Positions 47,223 to 60,500 of a stretch of 64,000 bases of DNA are shown in pieces (the stretch's first letter is position 1; the number at the start of each line of letters is the position of its first letter). Under the pieces are notes generated by a model, which saw nothing but the letters and a program-made list of their open reading frames with translations, ran no database searches and was not told the DNA's origin. Made by a program: the position numbers and the translations under genes. The stretch is from Basidiobolus meristosporus CBS 931.73 (Eukaryota > Fungi > Basidiobolomycota): the NCBI GenBank assembly GCA_002104905.1, contig MCFE01000349.1, positions 1-64,000 on the forward strand, read 5' to 3'.

Positions 47223-48799
47223 CTACGCACCATCATCGGATGCCCTTTGGGTGACCTCATCTAAATCACTATACATGCCAGTGGTTGTCTCGCAACACAT
47301 CTTCTCGTCACACTCCGAGGCGCATCGAAGTAAACAGATCGTCCCAGCCGTATCCTAGAAAGACAACCCACGTTAAACTTCGATGAACGTAAATGTACCA
47401 AGAAACTGTCTAGTTACTTTCTCGGTATCTATAGCCAGACGCTCTTGTGGGAATTCCGGTTGAATGGTGACCGAATGGATCCCATAGGAGTGCAACAAAC
47501 TCCTCACCTCCATGGCAACTTCCATGTAATCCGAGGAATTCGCAACATGGATATGTACCGAGGCTATGGTCTTGTTATCTGAAAGTTGCCAGATATGAAA
47601 TTCGTGAAGGGAGACGACATGGGATATCTAAAGTACACTCGAATTCAGTATGGAGGCATAATTCGACGGCTGAGACGCGGCTACCTGGAGGATTTTTCTA
47701 CGAAGTTCATCCACCGGAATGGACCGAGGTGTTCCCTGGAGTAGAATGTAAACAGTCGACTTGACTGAAGGACAAGAGGTGAGTCGGCGCAGACACTCAA
47801 CACAAAAGCATATCATAGTTACCCAAAGGAATGCTGAAGTATAGGATTAGCCCAGTGATCAACAGGCTGCGAGATTGATTAGAATATGTTTCATGGGAGA
47901 GTTTGGTTGGTGCCTACCTGATAATGGGGTCAAACACAAATCTCTCAGGGAACGTGGTTAACCAGATGATCAGTGAGCTAACGATGACGGCAATACTTCC
48001 GAGGGCATCGCCAAGAACATGCAGAAAGACGCCATGCATGTTCAACCGGTCCCGATTCTGTTTAGGTTGACTGTCTATTTTGGATGTGACATCATTTGAT
48101 ATTTCAATTCCCAGAGCATCGGTCAATCCCTCCGCCATTCGAGGCTCAAGAACAGAATCAGCGTTTTCAATATTCCGTGGCGAAGGCTCGTCATGCGAAT
48201 GGCCAATGTGGGAATGCTCTATGTACTCCGTTAAGACCGGTTTTATCCAAATCACAGCCAAACGTGCTTACCATGAAATAGGAAGAGCCCGACTAGGTTC
48301 ACCAGTAACCCCAAGCCCCCCACAATTAGCACCCAAAGGGGATTCTTGATTTCTTGAGGGGGAACAAGTATGTGTAAGCCTCCATTCTTGGCACTACAGC
48401 CTAAACCGCTCTTACCTCGAGGTTCAAAAAAGCGCTGGATGGCTTCGATAAATATTGAAAGACAGAGGGCTATTAAAAACACCCCGTTGATCAATGCACC
48501 GATCACTTCTGCCCTTTGCCAACCGTAGGTGTAATGGGACTGGTAGGTTTTCTTCTTGGCAAGCTAGCAGGAGAAATCAGGGTTAAGCTGGTTCCTATAG
48601 CAGCTGAGTCACACGAATGGGACCAAACCTTCATGGCGTACAGGGCGACAATGATACTCAACAGATCACTTAGCATATGGAAGGAGTCAGCGACTAGTGC
48701 AATCGAACCCACCACATAACCGACGACTAATTCGGTTACAAACAAAAGAGTTGTTAGGCCCAAAAGAATCAGAAGCCTCGTGGTTCGCTTCAAGGCCAT
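47223..48799 (-). CDS. Cation diffusion facilitator zinc transporter (ZRC1/COT1/ZnT1-like), multi-exon
   Basis: SIALVADSFHMLSD, GALINGVFL, His-rich loop HSHIGHSHD, LNMHGVFLHVLGDALGS, LHEFHIWQL, GIHSVTIQPEF, and a Cys-rich last exon (CLLRCASEC..MCC). Confidence 0.92.
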
Positions 48800-49271
48800 A
48801 ATGTGGTAAAAGAATTTCCAAGCGGGAAAGGGGCCATCAGCCTTTTAAATACCGTTCGACAGAAGCAGCTTGTATGCACTAAACCCTAACTCCTCCAAAA
48901 GCAATTCAAATCCCACGAATACTCATTCACAACCGCCTATCAAGAGAAAAGCAGGGATCTTCGTTGACTACATGCTTATGCAATCCCGAATTAACACAAA
49001 CGATCTACCCACCACTTGGCCAATAAAATGAGCTCACCTGTGCTTACGGGGCTCGCAAAAATACCAAATAGGTAGCGTCGGGGTTGTTTCACTGGACCAG
49101 TCTTCGAGTCCTTTGAAACTTCGTCAACGTTGCCATGGTTTTAGATATCCATCTGGTCGCTTGCCCAGCTTCATCGGAGATTTCTTAAATCCCTAATCGA
49201 CATGCAGCCACAAAACCATATAACCCTGCCAACCCTTCGTCCCTTTTGTTTATTTTGCCTTCATCTATACA

Positions 49272-50197
49272 ATGACAACAACCAAGCCTACCCAAGTCAA
49301 ACTGGTTCTTCTGGGTAATTCTACACCTTTCTGCGTACTGCTCATACGGCTTACCTTGATATACGTGTGGTAGGGGAAGCAGCGGTTGGAAAATCCAGCC
49401 TGGTTCTTCGTTTTATCAACAACGACTTTCAAGAGAACAAAGGACCTACGATCGGTGGTAAATAAGTCCCTTCATTTATGACCATATGTCTTCAGTAACA
49501 CTGAAATGTACATGGCACAGCGGCATTTCTGACTCAAAAATACCACCTCGATGACAGAGTGATCAAATTTGAGATATGGGACACGGCAGGCCAGGAACGC
49601 TTTCATTCTCTAGCTCCAATGTATTATCGCAATGCCCAAGCTGCAGTCGTACTCTATGACATCACCAAAGCAGTGAGTTCCTCAATTATAAGTAACTCTC
49701 CAAATAGCATCATTCACTGTTCTTCTGAACCTCTAGACCTCTTTGGAAAATGCCAAATCCTGGATAAAGGAGCTTCAAAGACAAGCAAGTCCCAATATAG
49801 TGGTCGCTCTGGTTGGCAATAAGATCGACCTGATAGTAGCAGCTGAAGAAGCGGACGAGACGTGCATGATCCGGGGGATATCCACCGAAGAGGTGGAGAC
49901 ATACGCTAGCGAGAATGGGTTGATTTATTGCGAAACCAGTGCGAAGAACGGGCAAGGTATTAATGAGCTATTCGCTAAGATTGGTAGGTCAGCCTTCGCA
50001 CCAACTTGTCCTTTTGGCAAAAAAAGTAACCTGTTCTCGGCTCAAAAGCCAAGGAGATTCCCTTGGAACAAAAGCCAGCTTTCTCTCAAACACATCCTCG
50101 CACGCTTGAAATTGAGCGGACCCGAATTGATCTTACCGACGGAAATCAAGACAATGGGAACGTCAACACGATGCTCGCCTCCGGCTGTGCTTGCTAA
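49272..50197 (+). CDS. Rab5-family GTPase (Vps21/Ypt5-like), 5 exons
   Basis: [53 protein letters not shown]-terminal CAC. Confidence 0.95.
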
Positions 50198-50640
50198 GCG
50201 AAATCTATGGAAGGCCCTGTCTACAAACTCCAGTAACTGTAAATAAAGTATAGGCCGATTCCAGTATGCCATATGTATCTTATCAAAAATCTTTTAGCTT
50301 GTGAATAATCAAGGAACTAGAGGATTAGGATGATATCTTTGAAATAGGGAATCAAACAAATATACATCATTCGGATTGGTCTCGTTTGTATAAACATCAG
50401 CACCTCGTCCATCCGCCATGATTGGCTAGCCGCCAACTAATATGGAAACACCAAACATTAACCAGAGAATGGCGTTCTTGGTGGGAAGAGTAGTGCCCAA
50501 ATATAAAGTGGCGTGTGCGGTTCTCGTTTCGACTTTGGTGACCCCTTCAATTTAGTTTTGTTGATAAGTGAACTGTTCAATATCTTGCATCACTTTGTAT
50601 TTACTCAGATCCACTATTAATTGTCTTATTTTTTCCGAGA

Positions 50641-51436
50641 ATGTCTAGTTGCTTCGGTTCAAAGATTGCTCAGCGCAAGTTACTCATCCTCGGTGACGGT
50701 GCCTGCGGGAAAACCTCCCTTTTGAACGTATTTACACGTGGTTACTTTCCAGAGGTATTTGATGAAACCGTATCAGAGCCCAGGGTTCCCTGCAAACTAA
50801 ACCCACGCTTCTTCGGCTAGACTTACGAGCCCACGGTATTCGAGAACTATGTGCACGAGATCAGTATAGACCGAAAGACCGTGGAATTCTCGCTTTGGGA
50901 TACTGCCGGTAGGTAGTTCAGGGGAAGCAACGCTGCCTGGACCTGTATTGACTCATTTGCTTTTATCAAGGTCAAGAGGATTTCGATCGACTCCGCACAC
51001 TGTCGTACTCTGATACACACGTAATCCTCTTGTGCTTCTCCGTTGAAAGCAGGGACTCCTTGGAAAACATTGAGGCCAAGTGGCTTGACGAGATCCTTGA
51101 ATACGCCCCCGGGGTTAAGATTGTGCTGGTAGCACTAAAATGCGATCTGAGAAAAGATGAAAAAACCTTGTATAACCTTGCTGAAGTAAAGGACGCCCCG
51201 ATATCCTACGACGAGGTTAGTTTTTCTTAGCATTACCCAGTGCTCTTGGGCGTTTACCGATCCAAATGTCGAAGGGGCTCGCTCTTGCCAGAAGAATCCA
51301 GGCTGTCCGATACTCCGAATGCTCTGCTAAATGCAACCGCGGAGTCAAAGAGGTTTTTGAGCAAGCTGCTCGTATAGCACTCAATGCTAAAGTGAATGGA
51401 GAGAATAGATCGGGCAGCTCGTGCCTGATATTGTAA
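50641..51436 (+). CDS. RHO3: Rho3 GTPase, 4 exons
   Basis: MSSCFGSK N-terminus, [54 protein letters not shown] box CLIL. Confidence 0.9.
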
Positions 51437-51742
51437 CCCTACCGATACATCTGTTTATACCTGCATCCTGTTCAAATACAATAAATAATGATTAGCCACA
51501 GAGTAAAGCGAGGAATTGCACTCGGAGAAGTGACACCGTATGGACATTCTATTTATTCAAGTTAGAGTTACAAGAGTCACAAAGCTATTAATCCAATGAG
51601 GCAAAAATGTCGACGTGCAATTAAGTTAGACGGTTAATGAGGTGAAACATTCGAGTTACGTTAGGGGTATTAGATGTGTTAATCCATGATGAACATAAAA
51701 TACATTATTGATACAATTTTTACAGAATATGATGAGTAATAT

Positions 51743-52668
51743 TTACTGACAGACAAGCTTGACTTGGCTATCAATGGATCCGTTCAGTAGAGAATAGAAG
51801 GGACTCCGGTGTGCGGGGAAATCTATATCTGGATAGAAGGCACGGAGCCATGCATCCTGGTCGAAATCAAGATCACCACCCAGCTCGCTGACAAGGCTTT
51901 CTTTCCCAACCATCTCGAATAGCTGTTCCTGGTAATCACCACTCAGGAGTTTTACTCGTTTGACCAGCTTGGACTTCATGAAGTTGCTAGACAAAGCCCA
52001 GAAGAATCTTAACCATGGGGGCGGGTTTATCAGAAACACTGATCCAAGCTTGACTGGGACTTTGTTTTGGATACTTTCGAACATTAACTCGACTAAGCCT
52101 TTGTTTCCACTGGACTGAAGTGACACGTTAGGGCCTGCTAGGGAGCAATGAAATATGTTGGGTACGAACCATGGAATTTTCGAAAATGCTGACTAAGCAT
52201 ATGCCTTGTTCCTGGTATATAGACAGCTCCATCATATTCTCGAGAAAGTACCAAATGGTTTTCAGAATCTCTGGTTGCTCTAAATGGTTTTCCAGTATCC
52301 GGTCGAAAAACACGATAACCATTTGCCGGCTTTCCATGTCAGTTGTGCCCGGGATGGATATGAATTTCGAGAGAAGAGGATTTCTTATGTCTTGTGCAGT
52401 TAACCTTGGAGGCGGGTAAGTATGAGAGCAACACGAAATGCGAGTGTAAGCATATATACCTAGTAGTTCCTATCTTTTCGGACCTGAACTGCCAGTAGTT
52501 TTGCAGCATTTTCATGGCCGATTTTACATGGTCGTTTTTATAGCGAAGAAAGGATGTGAGGAAGCTATCTAGGTTGTGCGAAGACTCACAGAAGCTGTGA
52601 ATCTCTTGAGAAAAGGGTTTCGTATCCAGTAGTTCTTTAAAGTGGTCTAGTGCAGAGGGTTCAATCAT
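51743..52668 (-). CDS. CRAL-TRIO (Sec14-like) lipid-binding protein, 3 exons
   Basis: LTSFLRYKNDHVKSAMKMLQNYWQFR (CRAL-TRIO N), QNKVPVKLGSVFLINPP, MKSKLVKRV, SELGG. Confidence 0.82.
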
Positions 52669-53573
52669 GTTGAAGAATAACAGGCCTATGGAGGCGGACG
52701 GGTGGGTGCTATTTAAGAATGTCTGGAAACAGGAAAAAAAGGATGTGGAACACAACGGTGGTACCCGTCATGCTCACCATATAAGATAAAGTAATTTGCT
52801 CAACCCTGGTCTTAATACAAACAAAGAGGAAAATTTCAGACATTCGTCACTCTTAATTAATTAATTATTCCATCACCGCTCCTTGGCCGATTCAAACTCA
52901 GGCACTGGTCAACGTGCGCAGGAAACAGAAAAGCAGGTCTAGAACGAATCATTTACACTATTGACCGGCAACCATTTTCATTGGTTTTAGCCGTGCCTGT
53001 ATTGGACTAATAGCTTGAAAGGTAACCATTGTATATCCAAGAATAAGTTTGGGTCTATTGATACACAAAGCGGCTGAAGCACTGATTTTTCAATAACTGA
53101 TACAGCAAACAGAGCCTCCCCAGATTTATATAATTGATTGAGTAGTAGATGAGCATCAGTAATGATGTAGCGTGAGATTCAGATTAATAATGATGGGTTG
53201 TAAGATTACTGTCTGCGGATTAGATGCTCTTGGCGACAACTGTTGTTTGACGTGCAATCGGCACGCTGGGCACCTTTTGGCATATATGGGCGGTACCTGG
53301 AGAAAGGCAAGCATGTATTGTAAGCAAGGGCAACTTCAACAAACTGGACAGCTTGTGCAATGTGTTAGTAGGGAAACGTGGAGAATTGTTAAGTCACAGT
53401 TAGGAGTGACATCATACTAGCAGGAAATCAAAACAGTGATGACAAGTCACACATTTTGATGCGTGAAACAACAGGTCAGAGATTTACGCCCGTTCCCATA
53501 TTCATACTACGTCTCATATTAATACCATATCACATGGTAATTACAAATCACCTCAGGCGCTGGAAAGCTCACC

Positions 53574-53672
53574 CATCCACTGCTAATCGATGGGCCATGC
53601 TCATCCACTGCTAATCAATAGGCCATGCTCATCCACTGCTAATCAATAGGCCATGCTCATCCTCAACTAATC
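53574..53672. repeat. 28-bp tandem repeat, about 3.5 copies
   Basis: Unit CATCCACTGCTAATCAATAGGCCATGCT at 53574, 53602, 53630 and 53658 (partial). Confidence 0.9.
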
Positions 53673-54420
53673 AAAACCCTCAAGGGCCTTTCTTACACAT
53701 GTCTCAACGGCAGGTTCCGAGGTGCCATTCATCGATCATTCAATCGAATTAATCGATCTCACAGCCCTTGAATTGTCATCCGGATTTCCAGTAACTCCGC
53801 AGTATGGAAAATTCTTCGGTGACTTGGTTATGCCTGTAAGACTAGCCGTATTCTAAAAAATTTGCCCAAATCATTACATACATTATCGCCAACTGCCAAC
53901 GAATCTACGGAATTGAGAATCCTTTTTTGGTGGACGACCATTCTATTGGACTCCGGTCAATCTGCTCGTGGGCAGTAACATGTGAATATACTGTGGTGGA
54001 ATGGCAACCTCTCTGGAAGCCGATATGTTCTCTGAATATACCTCAGCGTATAGGCATGCTACTGTGGATTTGAGTGGATATGGATGATACGTTAGTACCG
54101 GGTGTGTAAGAATGCTGCTTTGGAATTGAATGATGGCTCCATTAAGTAATGGAACATTCGTCACCCAGCGATCAAGCATCCTCGGGTTAATTGATTATGT
54201 AGTTTCCGAAGAATAGCAATCTGCTGGTTATGGTTCGTGGTAGGTTTCCTAATTTATACACACTGTATAAGGTGATAACGGGATAACCCAAAAATTTTCT
54301 TAAAGGAGTTATGAGTTCATATATAACCACCGTCTCGTCGATACATCCAATACATCGCCCCTTGATCTTGACTGTATATACAAATATTATTATTTCTCCA
54401 TACACTTAATATTGCGATGA

Positions 54421-55844
54421 TTGCTCAGGTTAGCCCTACAAATGGTACCGGTTCTTCACATGTACTCTGACTTCTCTTCAAGTTACTTACTCCATTGTCG
54501 TTTATCAGAGACGCATGTAATGTTTGTCGTCCATGGCATAGGCCCCACCTATGAGGGGGAGCACACTTTCACCGAAAATGGTACGTATTCTTTGACTGGG
54601 GAAGACCGATAGGCTCGCTTACTAAGCTTCGTTTTTAGTGACCGGATTTCGAAAGGCCTTCAGAAAAGTCTCCAAGCATGAACGTAGTCTACGTGATGTG
54701 AATGTAGAGCTGATTCCTATTGGTATGTGCTTAACTATCGGGAATACTTTTAGCCTGTTTTCTAAGCAATCTTCCTGTAGAATGGCATACGTCTCTGCAC
54801 AAGCTTGTCAACAACAATATGGACAACATTACTCCGAAGTATTGTCCACCGAACGTGAAAAACCTTCAGCATGAATACCTAGCTGATATCCTATATTATT
54901 TCACTCAAGATCGCGGCCAGCATATAGTGGACACTGTTGCTAACTCGATGAACGAAGAATACGACAGATACATGAAAGAACACCCAGATTACAATGGAAA
55001 ATTCTCCCTTATCGGATACAGTTTGGGCGGGATCTGTTGTTATGATATCCTCTGTGGTCAAGAGGACGCAGCCAATGCCAAAGGACGAGCCAAATTCAAT
55101 ATCCATGTGCCTAAATTGAAATTCAAGCCGTCGTTTTTCTTCTCCATGGGTAGCCCAATTGCTGCTGTCATGGTGATGAGAAATCAAACATTCGACCAAT
55201 ACAAGGTCCCTGACTACTGCATTCACCACAACATCTTCCATCCATACGACCCTTTTGCCTATCGAATGGAGCCGATGATCGATGAAAAGTACAGGGAACT
55301 GACGCCCAACGTTTTGCCTATATTCTCAAGCCCAAGGTTTAATCTGAACAATCGCTTAAGTTTCGGCTCTTTTCTCCCGCCCAAAGTCAAGTCACCCTCC
55401 CTCCCTGTTCCGCACATCAGTATTGCCGCCACTTTCGCCTCTCTTTTGTCCAGAGTTGGCAGTCAAAATAAGGATTTTGATGACCATATCTCAAGCACTC
55501 AGATGGCCCATGTGGAGGAGCAAGTGAACAATGACTCTTCAACTGACGAGGAGATCATCGCGGATATTCCGCGTAGTGCATCGCCTGAATCCTTCGAGAG
55601 CACAGACACCCCTGAGCATATCATCCACAGTGAAGAGCCATATCTTCCTCCGCTCAAATACCGTATCGATTACTCACTCCACGAGAGAATTCGGATCGAC
55701 AATGTGGCACAGCGGTATATGCTCACCCTCAAGGCACACTTCAGCTACTGGGAACACCGCGATGTTGCTCGCCATATCCTGGAAACTGTACACCAGGGCT
55801 TTGATGCCGAGCTCTCTCTTCCAGTGAATCAATCCGTTTGCTGA
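54421..55844 (+). CDS. DDHD-domain phospholipase A1; 5' exons unresolved (may extend to about 53800)
   Basis: HVMFVVHGIG, lipase box LIGYSLGG, FFSMGSPI, NIFHPYDPFAYRMEPMI, RIDYSL, AHFSYW. Confidence 0.85.
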
Positions 55845-55995
55845 TATCACCTGACCTATATATGTCCTTTATTTCGCTACCTAACCTAACAATTACATTC
55901 ATATGTGTATAATATATACGCTCTGTTAACGCATTAGAGTTTCGAGCAATGTACAGAAAATAAATCCCAATTTTCACATGATTATCGGATTAATA

Positions 55996-57352
55996 TTATA
56001 TTATTATACTTTTGGTAATTGTGGGCAAGTAATACGGAACCTGTCCCTTCATACGTGATAATATTTGCCTAGAGTCAAACACATACACTAAACCATTCTC
56101 TTTCGATTCAGAAGCGAGGTACTTGAGCCAACAAGGAGGAGGCTTAGGAATAGTAAGCAAAAGCACCTTGCGTATGAGCTTGTTCCTCTCCATTTGAGCG
56201 AGGAATCGGTGGTGTCGATACTTCTTGTCCCTGAGAGATTTTGTACCGAATCTTCCTTAGTCTTAAATAATGCAAAGATAGTGGGTACAAGGCTACTAAA
56301 GATATAGAGTTGTTCTCTCGAATTTTTCTCTGCCTATAATTTCATGAAAGTGTTGGCGTCCGAAGAGCAGCAAATACTTTAGTATTGAGTCCTACACGGC
56401 ATATCAATGATACAACTCTGGTGCGCTTCCAGCGAAAACTTGTCCAACCGAGCTGGGGAGATTTTTCAACGTAGCCGAGGCAAGATACTTCGTAATCAGC
56501 TAACCAAATACTTTGTGGCCTCAGTAATGTACGAGTTATACACCCCACTACAAGGTCCTCAGCCCTTGGGAAAGCGAGGCAGTTGGTCTAGACCGACTTC
56601 TCGTTTGATGATAACATGTCAAACGGTCCCTTGAAACATGAAGAATGTCGGTGCTTTTTGTTATGGCATTTGAGTGTTCTATTTTAACGCAACGGCCTAG
56701 GCTTGTAGATACCATAAACATGTTGTTTTTTCTCAAGTCACGAGGTTAGAACAGAGGCATATCTATGACCTCCTGGCTATCTTAAATATAAATACTTGTT
56801 GGAATCCTCCGAAGGAATTAACACTCGACCCAAAACTGACATGTATGTTTTATACCACTTGTATAATCGATACTCAAGGTGGCGAATTGTTGCAATTCTA
56901 GGCCGTCGGCCATCGTCATATCCAAACACTCTATCCAAAGCTCCTTCTTTGCTGAATAGAGTCCGTAGTGGCAAACCCAATCAACAGTCAATACTGTTGA
57001 GCTCATATTTCGTTCTTTTTAGATTCATGCGGGTCAGAAGCAGTAAATAACCATATTACGTAAGACCATAGAGCAGCCAGAAACCGCTTTCTGCAGGCTG
57101 GCATTCACTCTTGAATTGAGAAGCCTTCGCCTTGTAAGTTGGTGCCAACATAAAACTCGTCTCAGACCTTTCCCCAAGTTGGATAGAACTGGTGCCTATT
57201 GGAAGCAATGCCATGATTAAGTTGGACTGTACTCTTTCCATAACAGATATCAAGGAGATGTTGAATTCTGCGCTCAAAAAAATCCGCTCTGGGATAAATG
57301 AGTCATTGGCCGTGAAAATGGCCCATTTATGCTTATCATGTGACCCACCCAT
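55996..57352 (-). CDS. Probable multi-exon gene of unknown function; exon structure unresolved
   Basis: Several protein-like minus-strand segments separated by intron-like sequence, e.g. LDRVFGYDDGRRPRIATIRHLEYRLYKWYK, RLDKFSLEAHQSCIIDMP and DKKYRHHRFLAQMERNKLIRKVLLLTIPKPPPCWLKYLA...GQVPYYLP. No family recognised. Confidence 0.4.
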
Positions 57353-57578
57353 TTATTTACCCTTAGTAAACACAGTTACTTTTGGGCCACCAACTACCAG
57401 ATCAACAACGATAGCGTGGGTCATGTGATTTGGGATTCTTTTCAAATAAAAATTGGGTCGTTTACAAGTTGGACATTCCCGTGCCAATTCCACTGACGAT
57501 TTTCTCTTTTCAGTGGCAGGATATACTGTTCACTTTCAATCATTACTTCATACTCGGATTTTCTCGTAAGCTTCAGAC

Positions 57579-60500
57579 ATGGAGAATATCCCTCAGAAGC
57601 ACCGATCCCAATCCGTTGAATCGGGTTCGGCCGATCTACCTTCACCCTCAGTAACACATAGAGCACAGCAAATAGTCCACACACCTAATTCGTTTTCTCC
57701 TAGTACTGATCGTACGGAATCTGATTCTCACCCTAATAAAAGAAAAGCCTCCGCCTCATCGGATGGACATCTTCGGTCACCTTCCATTCCAATGAGCGAT
57801 CCTCACGACCACAAACGACTAAAAGGTTTAGAAAATACCTCGCCAATACGTAGCAAATCGCCTGGCTCTGTTAATTCAGGCACTTCAAGTGTAGCTCAAA
57901 GTCAAAATTCGCGGTCAGCCCAAGTGGCAGAGAACCCGGAAGCTCAAGTTCCACGCGATCTTACGCGAGTTTCTTCAGAAGGCGCGTCCTTACCCCGAAT
58001 CAACTCGGAGTACAGCGAAACTGCTGAGCCCGTTACTTCTTCGGAACAAGCACAAGGTAAATCTAGAAGCAATGGCACAAAAGGGCCATTCATTTTTCTC
58101 TTACTAAGCTGGACGGTTTCTATTTTTCCCCTTTTGTCGCTTGTTTAGGACAAAGAGGGATATTAGATTACGGCCCTGGTTTAAGGAATAGCCCACAGCC
58201 TTCTCTCTCGCTGCCTTCTATTCGCCTTCCTTCAATGTCTAGTAGTTTCCCGTCGCTGCATTCAGGAAATACTTCCCCTCCTTTGCAGGCTTCCGGGGCT
58301 TATCCATATTCAGCAAATAGTGTATCTCCCTCCGGTTCGGCAGGTGGTCCAATACTTGCTTCTACTTATGAAGGACGTAGGTCCTCTTCCCCAAAGCCTT
58401 CTTTCCCGCCGATCAGAAACATGGCCCCCTACTCCAGGGAAGTGCCCATCCTACCACCTATATCTGCCTCGAACTTGGATTCAGGTAATGCTATCTTTGC
58501 ATCAAAACCTATGTCCGTTTCGTCTATTCTAAGTTCCGGCAACGTACCTGAAGAGTCACAGGTGTTAGGTGGATCTAAAGAATACGAGGAAAGAAAACTG
58601 GTCGACTATCATCAGCCCTTGGTGCAGTTCTCCTCTTCTATGAAGGCCGAAGAGCAAGGATCAAATGCCTTAGCGCAAATGCATCCTAATGCAGGACATG
58701 GTACACAAATGCAGCCGTCTGAATCGCAATTACGAGCTGGTGACACTGGAAGCATGGAGACAAATATCCCTCAGACTAAATACCCTGAAGCTGAGACGGC
58801 TAGCGAAGAGGAGGAGGAGATTATGGAAACTGGTGGCGTTGTCAATCGAGACCAGTCTGTGGTATCATCCCGTGGGGAAACCCCGTTGAGCTTTGCGGAG
58901 CCACCGGAGGAAGCCTCTCGCCAAAAAGTCAGTAAGAGAGCGATGGATTCTGAAAATGGATTTGGGAGCACACCACAGTTGATCATCAGAAACAATAAGC
59001 TTTATGATGTGATGAAATCCGAAGATTTCCATCTAGGTAAGCCGGCGACGATCTAGCAACCTCTGTCTAGAAGACGATCTAACGCCGGGCATTTGTTTCT
59101 AGGATACACCGTTTATTCGCCGTTTACCACTCTGCCTATATTGGAGGGGAAAGAGAATGGGTTGCTGGAGGTTAGGGTTCCTGGAATTTATCTCAGCTTT
59201 GGCAATTCGAAAGTCCGAAAGCAGGCCATTTGGGGGACAGATGTGTATACAGATGACTCGGATGTTGTTGCAGGTAATAGGTTTGAGCAGGCGTCCTTCC
59301 TAAGCTATAATTAACCGAGTATCTGTATGTGAAATAGCTTTAATTCACTCCGGATTTTATACTCCACCCATGCCGAACCTAGTCAATGGAGACCTCAAAC
59401 TGGCAATGAAGAATATTGAATCTCTTCCGCATGCCAATCACGATCTGAGTGTGACTATACGGGTAATGCCCAAGCTCATCAAGTACGCATCGACAGTTCG
59501 TTATCGTATCAAAAGTCGTGAATGGGGTGACCATGATGGTGTAAGCTTCAAAATAGAGTCGGTTAAAGTTCTCAAAGTAAGTTGATCCCTGAAGCAAAGC
59601 CTTCGAAGTATGGCTACTAACGGTTGGTCAAGTTTGGAGAGGCACTTAGGAAGGGACGCAAACAAAGAAAAGAATTCATCCGGGCGAACGAACTGACGCG
59701 CCAGCGCGTTATGAACTGTGTCATGGTAATTGAATAACATGGAATACCGAGCATTTGCGAGCTGCGCTAACCAACTATTTAGACAAACAACCCACACGTC
59801 ATTTATACTGGACTTTACGAGACCTCAGTCACCATTGTTTTCAACCGTAACAATGCCCCATGGTACATCTATTCACTGTTGTTTATCCTGTAACGATATC
59901 ATCGATCCACTAATGCAAAATTGTATCCAGCTACAAGTACCGCCCCAATCTCATACTGGCTCTTAAACAAGAAGATGCGGAGGAGGCCCCCGTATGGAAT
60001 TTTAATCGATTTGGACAGGACACATTGTGCCTTGAGAATAATGAGCATAGGTTCGTCAACACTCTTGTTTTGTGATATGCGAACTTGCCTCTAATGGACT
60101 GTCGATTGCAACAGCTATCACCTCACCAGAGCCCCTAAATCAGAGTCCACTGAAGATGAATCCCCCGAGCATTATCGACTAACGATCCACGCACTCAATG
60201 CTATTGATACCAATAGTGATGGGGACTTTGTTGATTTGCTGTGGAATGACATTGCTTGGGTTGACCAGGGCATGTTGATCACCTCCAAGTGTGAGCCTCA
60301 TCAAATTGAATTGCTGCGGGGGCAAGCTATACCAGAAGGTGTTTTGATTCCAGTTCAGTTTATGTATTGGATCACTCCTGAAATCATTGATCGCGTCAAA
60401 GCTGCCCGTCTTGAGAAAGAATTGGCCCAAAAGGCTACCACGCCTATTGCACAAGTTTCTGAAGACCCCGCACCCCCGGTGGTCGAGCCGGAAGCTGAAA

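Noticed and set aside
49430-49455. Rab5 effector loop NKGPTIG instead of NKEPTIG (also Rho3 RYSEC instead of RYLEC)
   Set aside because: Single-residue deviations that cannot be told apart from lineage divergence or sequencing error.
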